A DNA stretch of 64,000 nucleotides from an uncultured Acidobacteriota bacterium (GCA_964384905.1 CAYLND010000001.1:9915-73914), one strand, 5' to 3'. Counted from the first letter of the stretch, positions 52,598-62,154 are shown. Made by a program: numbers and translations. Notes: generated from the sequence alone by a model not told the origin.

Positions 52598-53721
52598 TCA
52601 GGAAGCCCGCCGCGCTGGCCATCGTCGCCGGCTACCCGCCGCCCTACGGCGGAGTCACGGTCGAGGTGCAGCGGCTGCGATCGCTGCTGGACAGGCGGGG
52701 CGTGGACTACGTGATTTACAACGCGGTATCGGCCAGCGAAGACGGCGACCGGGTCCGATCGGTCTTTCGCCGCAGGACGCTCTGGACGCTGCGCTATCTC
52801 CTGGGGGGACGTGAGCCGGCCGTCTATCTGATGTCGGGGAGGCTCATGGCCTGGCTTCTGGGGGCCTTCGCCGCGCGCTGGCGGGGCAAGCGCGTGCTCG
52901 TGCAGCTGCGCAACTCCTTCCTGGCGGATTGGATCGCTCGTTCGCCGTGGCGGCGTTTCTGGGCGGGTCTCGCCCTGCGCCATGTGACGGGCGTGGTCTG
53001 CGTCAGCAGGCTGCTGATGGACTGCGCGGTCACGGTGGGAGTCGATCCGCAGCGGCTCCTGTGGTCTCCGGCCTTCCTGCCTCCCGAGCTGGCGCCGGAG
53101 GACCGGCGGAATGTCGCTCCCGAAGTCTGGTCGTTCACCTCGGCCCACCGGCCCCTCATCGCGGCCAACGGCAAGGTGCTCTGGTACGAGGGGCAGGATC
53201 TCTATGGTCTTGATCAACTGGTGGAGCTGGCAGCCCGCCTGAAGCCGGACCTTCCCGAGGTCGGCATCGTCGTGTGCTTCTGGGACCACGTTCCCGAGGA
53301 TGAGGCTTACCTGGCACGCCTCACGCGCCGCGCCGAGACGCTCGGGGTATCGGGGCACGTGCTTTTCAACACGAAGAAAGGGGCCTTCGTGCCGGTGCTC
53401 GAAGTGTCGGACGTCTTCGTCCGCCCCACCAATACCGATGGCGACGCGGTCTCGATCCGCGAGGCCCTCTATCTGGGCGTTCCGACCGTTGCCAGCGACG
53501 CCGTGGAGAGGCCGCCAGGGACGACGCTCTTTCGCACCCGGGATCTCGATGATTTGGAGGCCAAGGTGCGCAGCCTGCTCCGTGGCGGCCCGCGTCCTGA
53601 GCCACGCGTGCGGGGCCGGCTGAGCGAGCCGGATCGGACGCGTATCGAGGCCTACGTGTCCCTGCTCTCGTCCGTCGCCGCGGGTGGGGGTGCAAGGACG
53701 CGAGCGGCGCGCGCCGACTGA
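52594..53721 (+). CDS. Glycosyltransferase family 4-like (GTG start, GTGA overlap)
   Basis: GT-B fold C-domain (EALYLGVPTVASD); N-domain divergent. Confidence 0.65.
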   Translation: MIRKPAALAIVAGYPPPYGGVTVEVQRLRSLLDRRGVDYVIYNAVSASEDGDRVRSVFRRRTLWTLRYLLGGREPAVYLMSGRLMAWLLGAFAARWRGKRVLVQLRNSFLADWIARSPWRRFWAGLALRHVTGVVCVSRLLMDCAVTVGVDPQRLLWSPAFLPPELAPEDRRNVAPEVWSFTSAHRPLIAANGKVLWYEGQDLYGLDQLVELAARLKPDLPEVGIVVCFWDHVPEDEAYLARLTRRAETLGVSGHVLFNTKKGAFVPVLEVSDVFVRPTNTDGDAVSIREALYLGVPTVASDAVERPPGTTLFRTRDLDDLEAKVRSLLRGGPRPEPRVRGRLSEPDRTRIEAYVSLLSSVAAGGGARTRAARAD

Positions 53722-53740
53722 CCCGCCTGCGGGGGCCGAC

Positions 53741-55894
53741 TTGAAACAGGTCCTACAGAATCTCAGGACAGGAGAGATCGAGGTCGCCGAGGTTCCGTGT
53801 CCTGCCCTGCTCCCGGGCCATCTGCTGGTCCAGACGCGGGCGTCCCTCATCTCGTCCGGCAGCGAGCGAACGCTCCTGACGTTCGGGCAGTCCTCCTGGC
53901 TGAACAGGGCGCGCAGTCAGCCTGACAAGGTGCGGCGTGTCGTGGAGAAGATCCGCGTGGACGGCCTCGTGCCGACCCTCGAAGCCGTTTTCGCGCGGCT
54001 GGACGAGCCGCTCCCGCTCGGGTACTGCAATGCGGGCGTCGTCGTGGAGACGGGCGCAGGCGTGGAGCGATTCCGCCCGGGCGACCGGGTCGCGAGCAAC
54101 GGACCCCATGCGGAGATGGTCTCGGTGCCGACCAACCTCTGCGCGCGCGTTCCCGACACAGTCCCGGACGAGCGCGCGGCCTTTGCGGTCCTGGGGTCCA
54201 TCGCGCTGCACGGAACGCGTCTGCTCGAGCCGACGCTGGGCGAGTCGGTGGTCGTGTTCGGGCTGGGTCTCGTCGGGCTCCTCGCGGTCCAGGTGCTCCG
54301 AGCGCACGGCTGCAGAGTCCTGGGGATCGATCCGAACCCCGCGCGGCGCGATCGGGCGACCGTCCTCGGAGCGGACTCGACGCAGGATCTGGCGCCAGGC
54401 GGCGACCCCATGGCCGCGGCCTCGGCGTTCTCGTCACGACGTGGCGTGGACGGAGTCCTGATCGCGGCTTCCGCTCCCGGTAACGAGATCATCCGTCAGG
54501 CCGCCAGGATGTGTCGCAAGCGCGGTCGGATCGTTCTCATCGGTGTGGTGGGGCTCGATCTCGACCGGACCGATTTCTACGAGAGGGAGCTCTCCTTCCG
54601 CGTGTCCTGCTCCTACGGCCCGGGTCGCTATGATCCGGAGTACGAATCCGGCGGCCGGGACTACCCGCTGGCCTACGTGCGCTGGACCGAGCAGCGCAAC
54701 CTGGAGGCGGTGCTCTCCCTGATGGCGGACGGCCGCCTCGACGTCGGTCCCTTGATCACCACCCGGGTGCCGCATGGGGAGGCGTCGCGAGCCTATCAGT
54801 CCCTGACCACGGACGCTGACGCCCTCGGCATCGTCCTCGAGTATCCCAGGAAGCCCGCGCCGTTGCAGCGAGTCGTCCAGTCGTCGGCGAGCGTCCCCCG
54901 CCAGGAGGCCTCCGGCGTTTCGGTCGGCGTGATCGGCGCCGGCGATTTCGCGAGCTCGATCCTGCTGCCGGCCCTGCGTCGGTCGGGAGTCCATCTGGAA
55001 TCGATCGCGGCGCGTCACGGTGTCTCCGCGGCGCGCGCGGGGCGCACCTTCGGATTCCGTCAGGTCAGCAGCGATCATCGCGTCGTTCTCGAGAATCCCG
55101 TCGTGAACACGGTCTTCATCGTGACGCGTCACGACAGCCATGCCCGACTCGCGATCGAGGCGCTCGAGGCCGGGAAGAACGTGTTCGTGGAGAAGCCCCT
55201 GGCGCTCGACCGCGACGAGCTGCAGGCCGTGGCGCGCGTGCATGCGTCAGCGGGCCGGCAGCTGGTGGTTGGATTCAATCGCCGCTTCTCGCCGCACGCG
55301 CGGGCCCTGAAGCGGCTCCTGATGGCGCGGCGGACGCCGGCCACCCTCATCATGACCGTGAACGCCGGCTCTCTTCCTCCCGGTCACTGGCTGCAGGATC
55401 CGCGACAGGGGGGCGGCCGCCTCGTCGGCGAGGCCGTGCATTGGATCGATCTGCTGCTGTTCCTCGTGGATCATCCGATCGTCTCGGTCGCGTGCGCGCG
55501 CCTGGGAGCGGGCCCACCAGATCCCCCGGGGGATTCCGTGACCCTGACCCTCGCCTTCGCGGACGGATCGATCGGCACGATCCACTACCTCACGGAGGGG
55601 AGCCGGCGCTTCCCGAAGGAGCGGCTCGAGATCGTGTTCGAAGGGCGCATCCTGCAGCTCGATAATTTCCGCACGCTGACGGGCTTCGGGGTCCCCGGGT
55701 TCTCCCGGCTGCGCACGTGGCGCCAGGACAAGGGGCATCGCGCCGAGCTGGCCGCGTTCATCGACTCGGTCCGACGGGGAGGCGAGCCGACGATTCCCTT
55801 CGCCGACCTCGAGCACGTCACGCTCGCCAGCTTTGCCGCCCTCGAATCGGCCCGCATGGGGAGCGTGGTCCGGCTGGCACCGGTCCATTCCTAG
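53741..55894 (+). CDS. Bi-domain oxidoreductase: N-terminal zinc-type MDR alcohol dehydrogenase fused to C-terminal Gfo/Idh/MocA NAD(P)-oxidoreductase
   Basis: GLGLVGLLAVQ Rossmann motif of the MDR domain and a second Rossmann (VGVIGAGDFASS) plus GFNRRF of the GFO family; alternative ATG at 53684. Confidence 0.65.
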   Translation: MKQVLQNLRTGEIEVAEVPCPALLPGHLLVQTRASLISSGSERTLLTFGQSSWLNRARSQPDKVRRVVEKIRVDGLVPTLEAVFARLDEPLPLGYCNAGVVVETGAGVERFRPGDRVASNGPHAEMVSVPTNLCARVPDTVPDERAAFAVLGSIALHGTRLLEPTLGESVVVFGLGLVGLLAVQVLRAHGCRVLGIDPNPARRDRATVLGADSTQDLAPGGDPMAAASAFSSRRGVDGVLIAASAPGNEIIRQAARMCRKRGRIVLIGVVGLDLDRTDFYERELSFRVSCSYGPGRYDPEYESGGRDYPLAYVRWTEQRNLEAVLSLMADGRLDVGPLITTRVPHGEASRAYQSLTTDADALGIVLEYPRKPAPLQRVVQSSASVPRQEASGVSVGVIGAGDFASSILLPALRRSGVHLESIAARHGVSAARAGRTFGFRQVSSDHRVVLENPVVNTVFIVTRHDSHARLAIEALEAGKNVFVEKPLALDRDELQAVARVHASAGRQLVVGFNRRFSPHARALKRLLMARRTPATLIMTVNAGSLPPGHWLQDPRQGGGRLVGEAVHWIDLLLFLVDHPIVSVACARLGAGPPDPPGDSVTLTLAFADGSIGTIHYLTEGSRRFPKERLEIVFEGRILQLDNFRTLTGFGVPGFSRLRTWRQDKGHRAELAAFIDSVRRGGEPTIPFADLEHVTLASFAALESARMGSVVRLAPVHS

Positions 55895-55898
55895 CGAC

Positions 55899-57380
55899 AT
55901 GGCCCATCCTCTCCCGCCGTTCGTTCAGGTTCCGTGCCGCTCGGGCTCACGTGACCTCAGGATCGTCGTGCTCACGTCGACGGCGGTCCGGATCGCCTTC
56001 ATCCTGTGGGGCTTGTCGGGGGATTACATCAAGCCCTTTCACGGCATGTCGGACGTTGACTTCACGGGCGGGTATGCGATCGCGGCGGGATACGGCTATG
56101 TGACCGGTGCTCCCTGGGTGTCGGCCCGGCTCACCGACATGTACCAGCGGGTGACCGAGGGAACGCTGATGGCCGCGCCCGGGACGGTGGAGCCGATCGA
56201 CCGGGGCGATCTCGTTCCCAGGACCATCCACCCGCCGGGATTGGCACTCCTCGTGGCCGGCCTGCATCGTCTGCTCGGGACGAGCGCCTCTCTCCCCGTG
56301 GAGATCCTGGGAGCGGTCCTGGACACCGTCTCGGCGGCACTGGTGTGGCGGATCAGCGCGTCGTGGCTCGGCGCGCGCGTGGCGTTTGCCGCGGGTCTAT
56401 GCCATGCCCTGTTCCCTCCGTTCGGCTACTGGTCGACAGTCGCGAAGTCGTCGGACGGGCTGCTGGGCTTCTTCATCATCGCGAGCCTCGCCTGCGGCCT
56501 GCGGGCGACCCAGGCGGTCGGGCCGGCGGCCGCGGGATGGGTCGTGGCCGCCGGAGCCCTTCTCGGGGTCGGCTGCTACCTGCGGCCGGACTACCTCATG
56601 CTCCCGCCGGTCGTGGGAGCGGCGGCCGGACTGGCCACCCGCCGATGGCGGAGAGCGGCGATTGGTGTCGTGCTGGCCCAGGGGGTGGCCATTCTGTGCC
56701 TCGTTCCATGGGCCTATCGCAATGAGAGGGAGACGGGCTGGTGGATCTTCACGAGCAGCAGCGTGGGGGGCACGCTGGTGAGCGGGCTGGGGGAGTTCAG
56801 CAACTCCTGGGGCATCGGAAGCACGGACGACGATCGTGAGAGGGAGGCTCACGCGCTCGGATTCTCCGACCCGTTCCAGCCGGAAGCGGATGCCTATTTC
56901 CGCCATGTCTTCGCGCAGAAAATCAGGGAGCGGCCCGGGGCCTTTCTCCTCGCCATCGTCCGGCGCCTGCCCCTCTCCCTGGCGACGCCTTACACGTGGG
57001 GATTGATCAATCCCTGGAAGACGGAGACCTTCACCGAGGCGCGTCAGACCGGTCTCGATCAGTACGACGTGGTCCTGAAGCGTCCGCGATACGTGCTGGC
57101 GGCGTACTGGGACCGTCTGGCCATGGCGCTCGTGACCTTGGCGTGCACGATGGGAACGGCCGCCATGCTCGTCCTCGAACGACACCGCGCCGCCGATCTC
57201 CTCCTGCTCATCAGTCCTCACGTCTACTCGATGGCCGTGCATCTGCTGACCCACATGGAGCCGCGCTACCTGCTCCCGAGCATGTCCCTCTGGCTGATCG
57301 GGCTGGCCTACGTCATCGCGCAGGGATGGGAGTCGAAGCGAGTCGATGCGGGGCGCGTGAGTCGGGGCCTCGGCGCGTGA
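55899..57380 (+). CDS. GT-C superfamily membrane glycosyltransferase (ArnT/PMT/GT39-83-like, ~11-12 TM)
   Basis: Multi-TM protein with periplasmic-loop acidic motif region and size typical of undecaprenyl-/dolichyl-phosphate-sugar-dependent transferases. Confidence 0.5.
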   Translation: MAHPLPPFVQVPCRSGSRDLRIVVLTSTAVRIAFILWGLSGDYIKPFHGMSDVDFTGGYAIAAGYGYVTGAPWVSARLTDMYQRVTEGTLMAAPGTVEPIDRGDLVPRTIHPPGLALLVAGLHRLLGTSASLPVEILGAVLDTVSAALVWRISASWLGARVAFAAGLCHALFPPFGYWSTVAKSSDGLLGFFIIASLACGLRATQAVGPAAAGWVVAAGALLGVGCYLRPDYLMLPPVVGAAAGLATRRWRRAAIGVVLAQGVAILCLVPWAYRNERETGWWIFTSSSVGGTLVSGLGEFSNSWGIGSTDDDREREAHALGFSDPFQPEADAYFRHVFAQKIRERPGAFLLAIVRRLPLSLATPYTWGLINPWKTETFTEARQTGLDQYDVVLKRPRYVLAAYWDRLAMALVTLACTMGTAAMLVLERHRAADLLLLISPHVYSMAVHLLTHMEPRYLLPSMSLWLIGLAYVIAQGWESKRVDAGRVSRGLGA

Positions 57381-57422
57381 ACGTTTGACTGGCGCGCGTG
57401 GGTCTGCTACCGTGCGGCGCTC

Positions 57423-60400
57423 ATGACCGCGGGGTCCTTCAACCGCCCGTTCTTCCTCGTGCTGCTTCTTCTCGTCGGCACCGCCGATCCCAGGGCGGCC
57501 GCGGACAATCGTCCCAAGTCGCCGATCCTCGGTCTCGGTCACGAGTACGATCTCGGAGGCGACCGTGAAGAGTTCCTGCTTCCGGATCCCCTCGTCGATC
57601 CCTCGATCGCGCCGGACCATCCTTTGTACGTGAGAATCCGCGCCCCCTGGTCCCTGCTCGAGCCACAGCCGGGAACGTACGATTGGAGCGAGGTCGACCG
57701 GATCGTCGCGCCTTATCGCGACGCGCGCTACGTCGTCACGCTCTGCGTGTACGGCGTGAATCGTTCGGTGGACGCCCTGGGTCTCCCGCCGTCGGCCGCT
57801 CATCCACAGATCATGAAAGCCTGGCTCGAGCTCTTGCGCGCGACCGCGACCCATTTCAAGGGACAGGTTCGCACCTACGAGATCTGGGACGCTCCCAATC
57901 GCGAGAGCGGTTGGGCCTCGGGAGGCGCGGCGGACTTCGCCTACGTCCTCAAGTCGTCCTCCGTGACCATCCGCTCGGCGGATCCCGGCGCGCTGATCGC
58001 TCAGGGTGCGCTTGCGGTCGCGGCGGACACCATCGACAGCGATCTCGGGTGGCAGGAGGCGCTGTACGCGCGGGACGTGGCGACCTACGTGGATGTTCTG
58101 CCCCTCCTCCCCGCGTCGGGGGCGCCCTTCGCCACGATCCTGTCACGCGCCGACGAGATCCTCCTCCAGAGCGATCCGTCCGCCCAGCTTTGGGCGGTCG
58201 GGGTGGCGCTCGAAGGAGACACCGATCGCGATCGGGCGTCCGACCTCCTCGCGAAGTTCATCGTGGGCCAGGGCGAGGGCGCCGCCGTCGTCAGCTTCGA
58301 TCTGGAGGCCGACGTCGAAGGTCGGCCGGAGTTTCCCGGCGTGCTTCTCGACATCCACAAGCTGTTTCTCCCCACTTACGGTCGCGTGACCGGCGCACCG
58401 GTCGAGCTCGAGACTTCGACGGGAGAGGGACCCAAGCCACTCCAGGGCGTTACGGTCTACCGATTCTTCGACGCGGCATCCTTCCAGGGATTGATCGGCT
58501 TCTTCGCCCACTCGGTCGTGACCGAGCCGGAGGTCCGTCTCCTGATTCCGACCGCGGCGGTCCGCGGCGTCGTCACCTACGACATCATCGGGGGAGCCGC
58601 CGGTCCCCCGGGAGGGGTCGAGACCGACCAGAAGAGCAACACCACGCGGGTGCCGGTGGCGGTGCTGCGACGGCCTCTCGTGGTGCAGTACGCCCGCGTC
58701 CCGATCAAGGGATTCGAAGCGGAAAAGCAGGAGGTCCGCGTCCACGGAACCTCGCTCATCACCGCGGAGGAGATCATCGCCGCGCACCAGGCTTTCATGG
58801 CGGACCAAAAATTCCGGCTGAAGAATTATCGCGCCGATGCCCTGCTCACCTACCATGCGAAAATCGCCGGGAGCAACACGATCGACATCAGCTTCGACAA
58901 CGCCTTCTTCTGGGACACCGGCACGGGCGCCGAATGGCAGCAACGCGCGTTCTACTACAACGGGGTGCTCTGGAGAGGGAAGAAGCTTCCGGAGCTGCCG
59001 ATCCCGCAGCCCGAAAAGGTGTTCACCCTTCCGCTCGATATCAATCTCAACAAGGATTACACGTACCAATACGTAGGCCAGGACAAGGTCGGGGAATTCG
59101 ACTGCTACGTCCTGGACTTCAAGCCTGTCGATCGCATGAAGATCCTGTACGAAGGCCGGGCGTGGATTGAATCGAGGACCTTCGCTCCGATCAAGACGTC
59201 CACCGTGGAGACTCACCTGTCGGCGCCGGTGACCTCCAACCAGGAACAGGACGTCTACGCGCCGCAGACGGGGCCCGACGGCTCGACGTTTTGGATCCTG
59301 TCGAGGGTCGAAGGGCAGCAGATTCTCTCGGTGGCGGGGGAAAACCTTGTCCTCTTGCGCGAGATCGACTTCAAGAATCTACTGATCAACGATGCCAATT
59401 TCGCTCGGGGCCGGGACGAGGCGTATCGCTCGGATCGTCCGATGCTGCGCGACACCGACCAGGGGCTTAAATACCTGGAGCGCACGCCGGGCGGTGATCG
59501 GATCGTCAGGGACAGGACGCGCAAGTCCGCACTCCTCGGCCTGGCGGGCCTCTACCGGCAGCCCGGGATCGAATACCCGGTCCTCCCGCTCGCGGGCGTG
59601 GGGTATTTCAACTTCGATGTGGGCGGACGCAACGTGCAGACCAACGCGCTCATCGGCGGTGTCATCAACCTGTTCTCGATGACCGACCCGCACGTGTTCG
59701 GCAAAAAGCTCGATGCGACGGTGCAAGTGGTGGGCCTGGCGGTGAACATCACGGACCAGCTGTACGTGGAAGGCCGGAAGATTCCGGAGAGCAACGTGGA
59801 TGTCCGGACCCAGAGCCTGTCGGGGGGGCTCGGGACGCCGCTGGGGAACTTCATGCGGGTCAAGCTGACCTACAACTTGAAGTACGCCAACTACAGCCGC
59901 GATCGCGACACCGAAGGGTTCATCGTTCCTTCCGACACGTTGATCCAGTCACCCGGACTCGAGTGGGAATTCAATCGTGCCGCCTGGACCGTGACGGCGG
60001 CGGGCGAGAAGAGCTTTCGCAACCACTGGAAGCCCTGGGGCGACTCGGACGCGGTCTGCCCCTCGCTGGGGTCGTGTCTGGCGGACTTCGACCCCGACCA
60101 GAAGGATTACCTGACCTACGAGTTCACGGCGGCGAAACAGGTGTTCCTGCCCCTGTTCCAGAAGCTCCGATTCGAGGCCATCTGGCAGACCGGCTCCCAT
60201 CTGGATCGCTTCAGCGAACATCAGTTTACCTTTTTCGGGAACAGACTCCGGGGGTTCTCGGGCTCCGGCGTGCGCTACGATCGCGGTGCGATCGCTCGGG
60301 CGGAGTACTCGTTCAACATCGCGGACGTCATTCGATTCGAGGCGGATGTGGATCGGGCTTACGTCAAGGACACGCTGACCTCACAGGATTTCCATTCGTT

Positions 60401-60542
60401 CACGGGGTTCGGGATCTCGGGCAACACCGCCGGACCCTGGGAGACCGTCCTGCAGTTCGATATCGGAGTCGCCGTGCAATCGGACATCAGCCGGCTGACC
60501 GGCGACACCGAGTTCCAGATCGGGATCCTCAAGTACTTTTGA
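57423..60542 (+). CDS. Large exported fusion protein: signal peptide, GH-like TIM-barrel domain with degenerate acid/base motif, LolA-like middle domain, C-terminal outer-membrane beta-barrel ending ...GILKYF
   Basis: N-terminal signal peptide; LEPQPGTYDW...YEIWDAPNRE glycoside-hydrolase-like region; YVLDFKPVD...LYEGRAWIESRTF LolA-like motif; amphipathic beta-strands and terminal Phe. Confidence 0.5.
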   Translation: MTAGSFNRPFFLVLLLLVGTADPRAAADNRPKSPILGLGHEYDLGGDREEFLLPDPLVDPSIAPDHPLYVRIRAPWSLLEPQPGTYDWSEVDRIVAPYRDARYVVTLCVYGVNRSVDALGLPPSAAHPQIMKAWLELLRATATHFKGQVRTYEIWDAPNRESGWASGGAADFAYVLKSSSVTIRSADPGALIAQGALAVAADTIDSDLGWQEALYARDVATYVDVLPLLPASGAPFATILSRADEILLQSDPSAQLWAVGVALEGDTDRDRASDLLAKFIVGQGEGAAVVSFDLEADVEGRPEFPGVLLDIHKLFLPTYGRVTGAPVELETSTGEGPKPLQGVTVYRFFDAASFQGLIGFFAHSVVTEPEVRLLIPTAAVRGVVTYDIIGGAAGPPGGVETDQKSNTTRVPVAVLRRPLVVQYARVPIKGFEAEKQEVRVHGTSLITAEEIIAAHQAFMADQKFRLKNYRADALLTYHAKIAGSNTIDISFDNAFFWDTGTGAEWQQRAFYYNGVLWRGKKLPELPIPQPEKVFTLPLDINLNKDYTYQYVGQDKVGEFDCYVLDFKPVDRMKILYEGRAWIESRTFAPIKTSTVETHLSAPVTSNQEQDVYAPQTGPDGSTFWILSRVEGQQILSVAGENLVLLREIDFKNLLINDANFARGRDEAYRSDRPMLRDTDQGLKYLERTPGGDRIVRDRTRKSALLGLAGLYRQPGIEYPVLPLAGVGYFNFDVGGRNVQTNALIGGVINLFSMTDPHVFGKKLDATVQVVGLAVNITDQLYVEGRKIPESNVDVRTQSLSGGLGTPLGNFMRVKLTYNLKYANYSRDRDTEGFIVPSDTLIQSPGLEWEFNRAAWTVTAAGEKSFRNHWKPWGDSDAVCPSLGSCLADFDPDQKDYLTYEFTAAKQVFLPLFQKLRFEAIWQTGSHLDRFSEHQFTFFGNRLRGFSGSGVRYDRGAIARAEYSFNIADVIRFEADVDRAYVKDTLTSQDFHSFTGFGISGNTAGPWETVLQFDIGVAVQSDISRLTGDTEFQIGILKYF

Positions 60543-61245
60543 GAGGGGCGTCCGCCGAAACGTCGGCGGAGATCCGCTGTCGCACCGCTTCGATCAGAGT
60601 ATCGCGCGTCTCCATCGTATAGGCACTCGTCGGGATCGGCGCGCCGAACACGACCTCGATCGTGCCCGGCCTGGCCTTCAGGCTTCCCTTGGGCATCAGG
60701 GCGTGCCCTCCGCGGATGGAGACCGGCACGATCGGCACGTGCGCCTGGAGCGCGAGGACGAACGCGCCCTTCTTGAAGGGCAGGAGCCGTCCGTCGGGGC
60801 TGCGGGTTCCTTCGACGAACACCACGATCGATGTGCCGCTCTGGATGCGGCGGGCCGCCTTGTCCAGGCTCCGGATGGCGCGCTCTCGATCCCGTCGGTC
60901 GATGAAGATGAAACCGGCAAGCCACAGAGCCCAGCCGAAGATCGGGATATAAAACAACTCGCGTTTGGCCACCATGCGGAAATCGACTGGCATCGCCAGA
61001 ACCAAGGCCGGGATGTCCAGCTGGCTCTGATGGTTGGCCACATAGACGCAGGGCCGGTGCGGGTCGACTCCCTCGTCGTAGTGGGCGACAAAACGGACCC
61101 CGAGCGTCTTCAAGGTGAGTCGCGACCAAAGCCTTGCCAGAGTCATGAAGACGCCGCTCCACGGGAGCAGCAGGGAACCCACAATGGCGACGGAGCCGAG
61201 AAGCGAGGTATAGACGACCACGAGAAGGGCTTGCAGAACCGGCAT
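60529..61245 (-). CDS. plsC: 1-acyl-sn-glycerol-3-phosphate acyltransferase
   Basis: NHQSQLD (HX4D) and FVEGTRS motifs, N-terminal TM. Confidence 0.8.
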   Translation of the reverse strand: MPVLQALLVVVYTSLLGSVAIVGSLLLPWSGVFMTLARLWSRLTLKTLGVRFVAHYDEGVDPHRPCVYVANHQSQLDIPALVLAMPVDFRMVAKRELFYIPIFGWALWLAGFIFIDRRDRERAIRSLDKAARRIQSGTSIVVFVEGTRSPDGRLLPFKKGAFVLALQAHVPIVPVSIRGGHALMPKGSLKARPGTIEVVFGAPIPTSAYTMETRDTLIEAVRQRISADVSADAPLKST

Positions 61246-61295
61246 GGGGCGCTCCGAACCCCGGTGGAGTAAGCCGAGTATAGAGCCGGGTTTTC

Positions 61296-61324
61296 TTGAC
61301 TGTCAATCACCTATTCGCTAGAAT
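61296..61324 (+). promoter_or_regulatory. Sigma70-type promoter (TTGACT-17 nt-TAGAAT) upstream of mlaE
   Basis: Near-consensus -35/-10 with 17-nt spacer in a locally AT-richer intergenic region. Confidence 0.45.
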
Positions 61325-61390
61325 CACGGGGACTTAGCGCGTTTCCGCGATCTCAGGGGATACCCTTCCTCTAATCATGAGCGACGCTGG

Positions 61391-62146
61391 ATGAACGGAC
61401 CCGTCGACATTGCGCTCGGTCAGGCTGGAAGCATCGCCATCCTGTTCGCCCGGACGGTCCGACAGGGGCTCGGACGGAAGCCGGAGTGGTCGGTGGTCCT
61501 GGATCAGATGCACCACCTCGGCGTCCGATCCCTGGCGATCGCCACGGTCACCGCGCTCTTCACCGGCATGGTGCTCGCGCTCCAGACGTCGTATTCGCTG
61601 GCGGCCTACGGTGCCAAGCTGTTCGTCGGAGACATCGTGGCCCTGTCGCTCGTGCGCGAGCTCGGTCCGGTTCTCACTGCTTTGATGGTTGGAGGTCGCG
61701 TGGGAGCCGGGATCACGGCCGAGATCGGCAGCATGAAGGTCACGGAACAGATCGACGCCATTCGCGCCATGGCCGCCAACCCGGTTCGCAAGCTGGTGGT
61801 CCCCAAGGTCCTGGCGATTGTCATCATGCTGCCGATTCTGGTCGTGTTCGCGGACTTCGTGGGCACGATGGGGGGGCTCATCATGGCCGTGACCACCCTG
61901 AATCAGCCTGCGGCTTTCTACATGCAGCATGTCGTCCAGGCGCTCAGCGTGCACGATGTGTTCAGCGGCGTGGGAAAATCAATCTTCTTCGCCCTGTTCA
62001 TCTCCCTGATCGCCTGTCACAGCGGTCTGACCGCTGAGGGCGGCGCGGATGGCGTCGGTCGCGCGACCACCCAGACGGTCGTGGCCTCGTCGCTGGCGGT
62101 CCTGGTGTCCGATTTCTTTCTCACCAAGTTCTTCCTGGCGTTCTGA
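61391..62146 (+). CDS. mlaE: MlaE-family ABC transporter permease
   Basis: ~250 aa, 5-6 TM, conserved EIGSMKVTEQIDA region. Confidence 0.85.
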   Translation: MNGPVDIALGQAGSIAILFARTVRQGLGRKPEWSVVLDQMHHLGVRSLAIATVTALFTGMVLALQTSYSLAAYGAKLFVGDIVALSLVRELGPVLTALMVGGRVGAGITAEIGSMKVTEQIDAIRAMAANPVRKLVVPKVLAIVIMLPILVVFADFVGTMGGLIMAVTTLNQPAAFYMQHVVQALSVHDVFSGVGKSIFFALFISLIACHSGLTAEGGADGVGRATTQTVVASSLAVLVSDFFLTKFFLAF

Positions 62147-62154
62147 GAGCGGAC

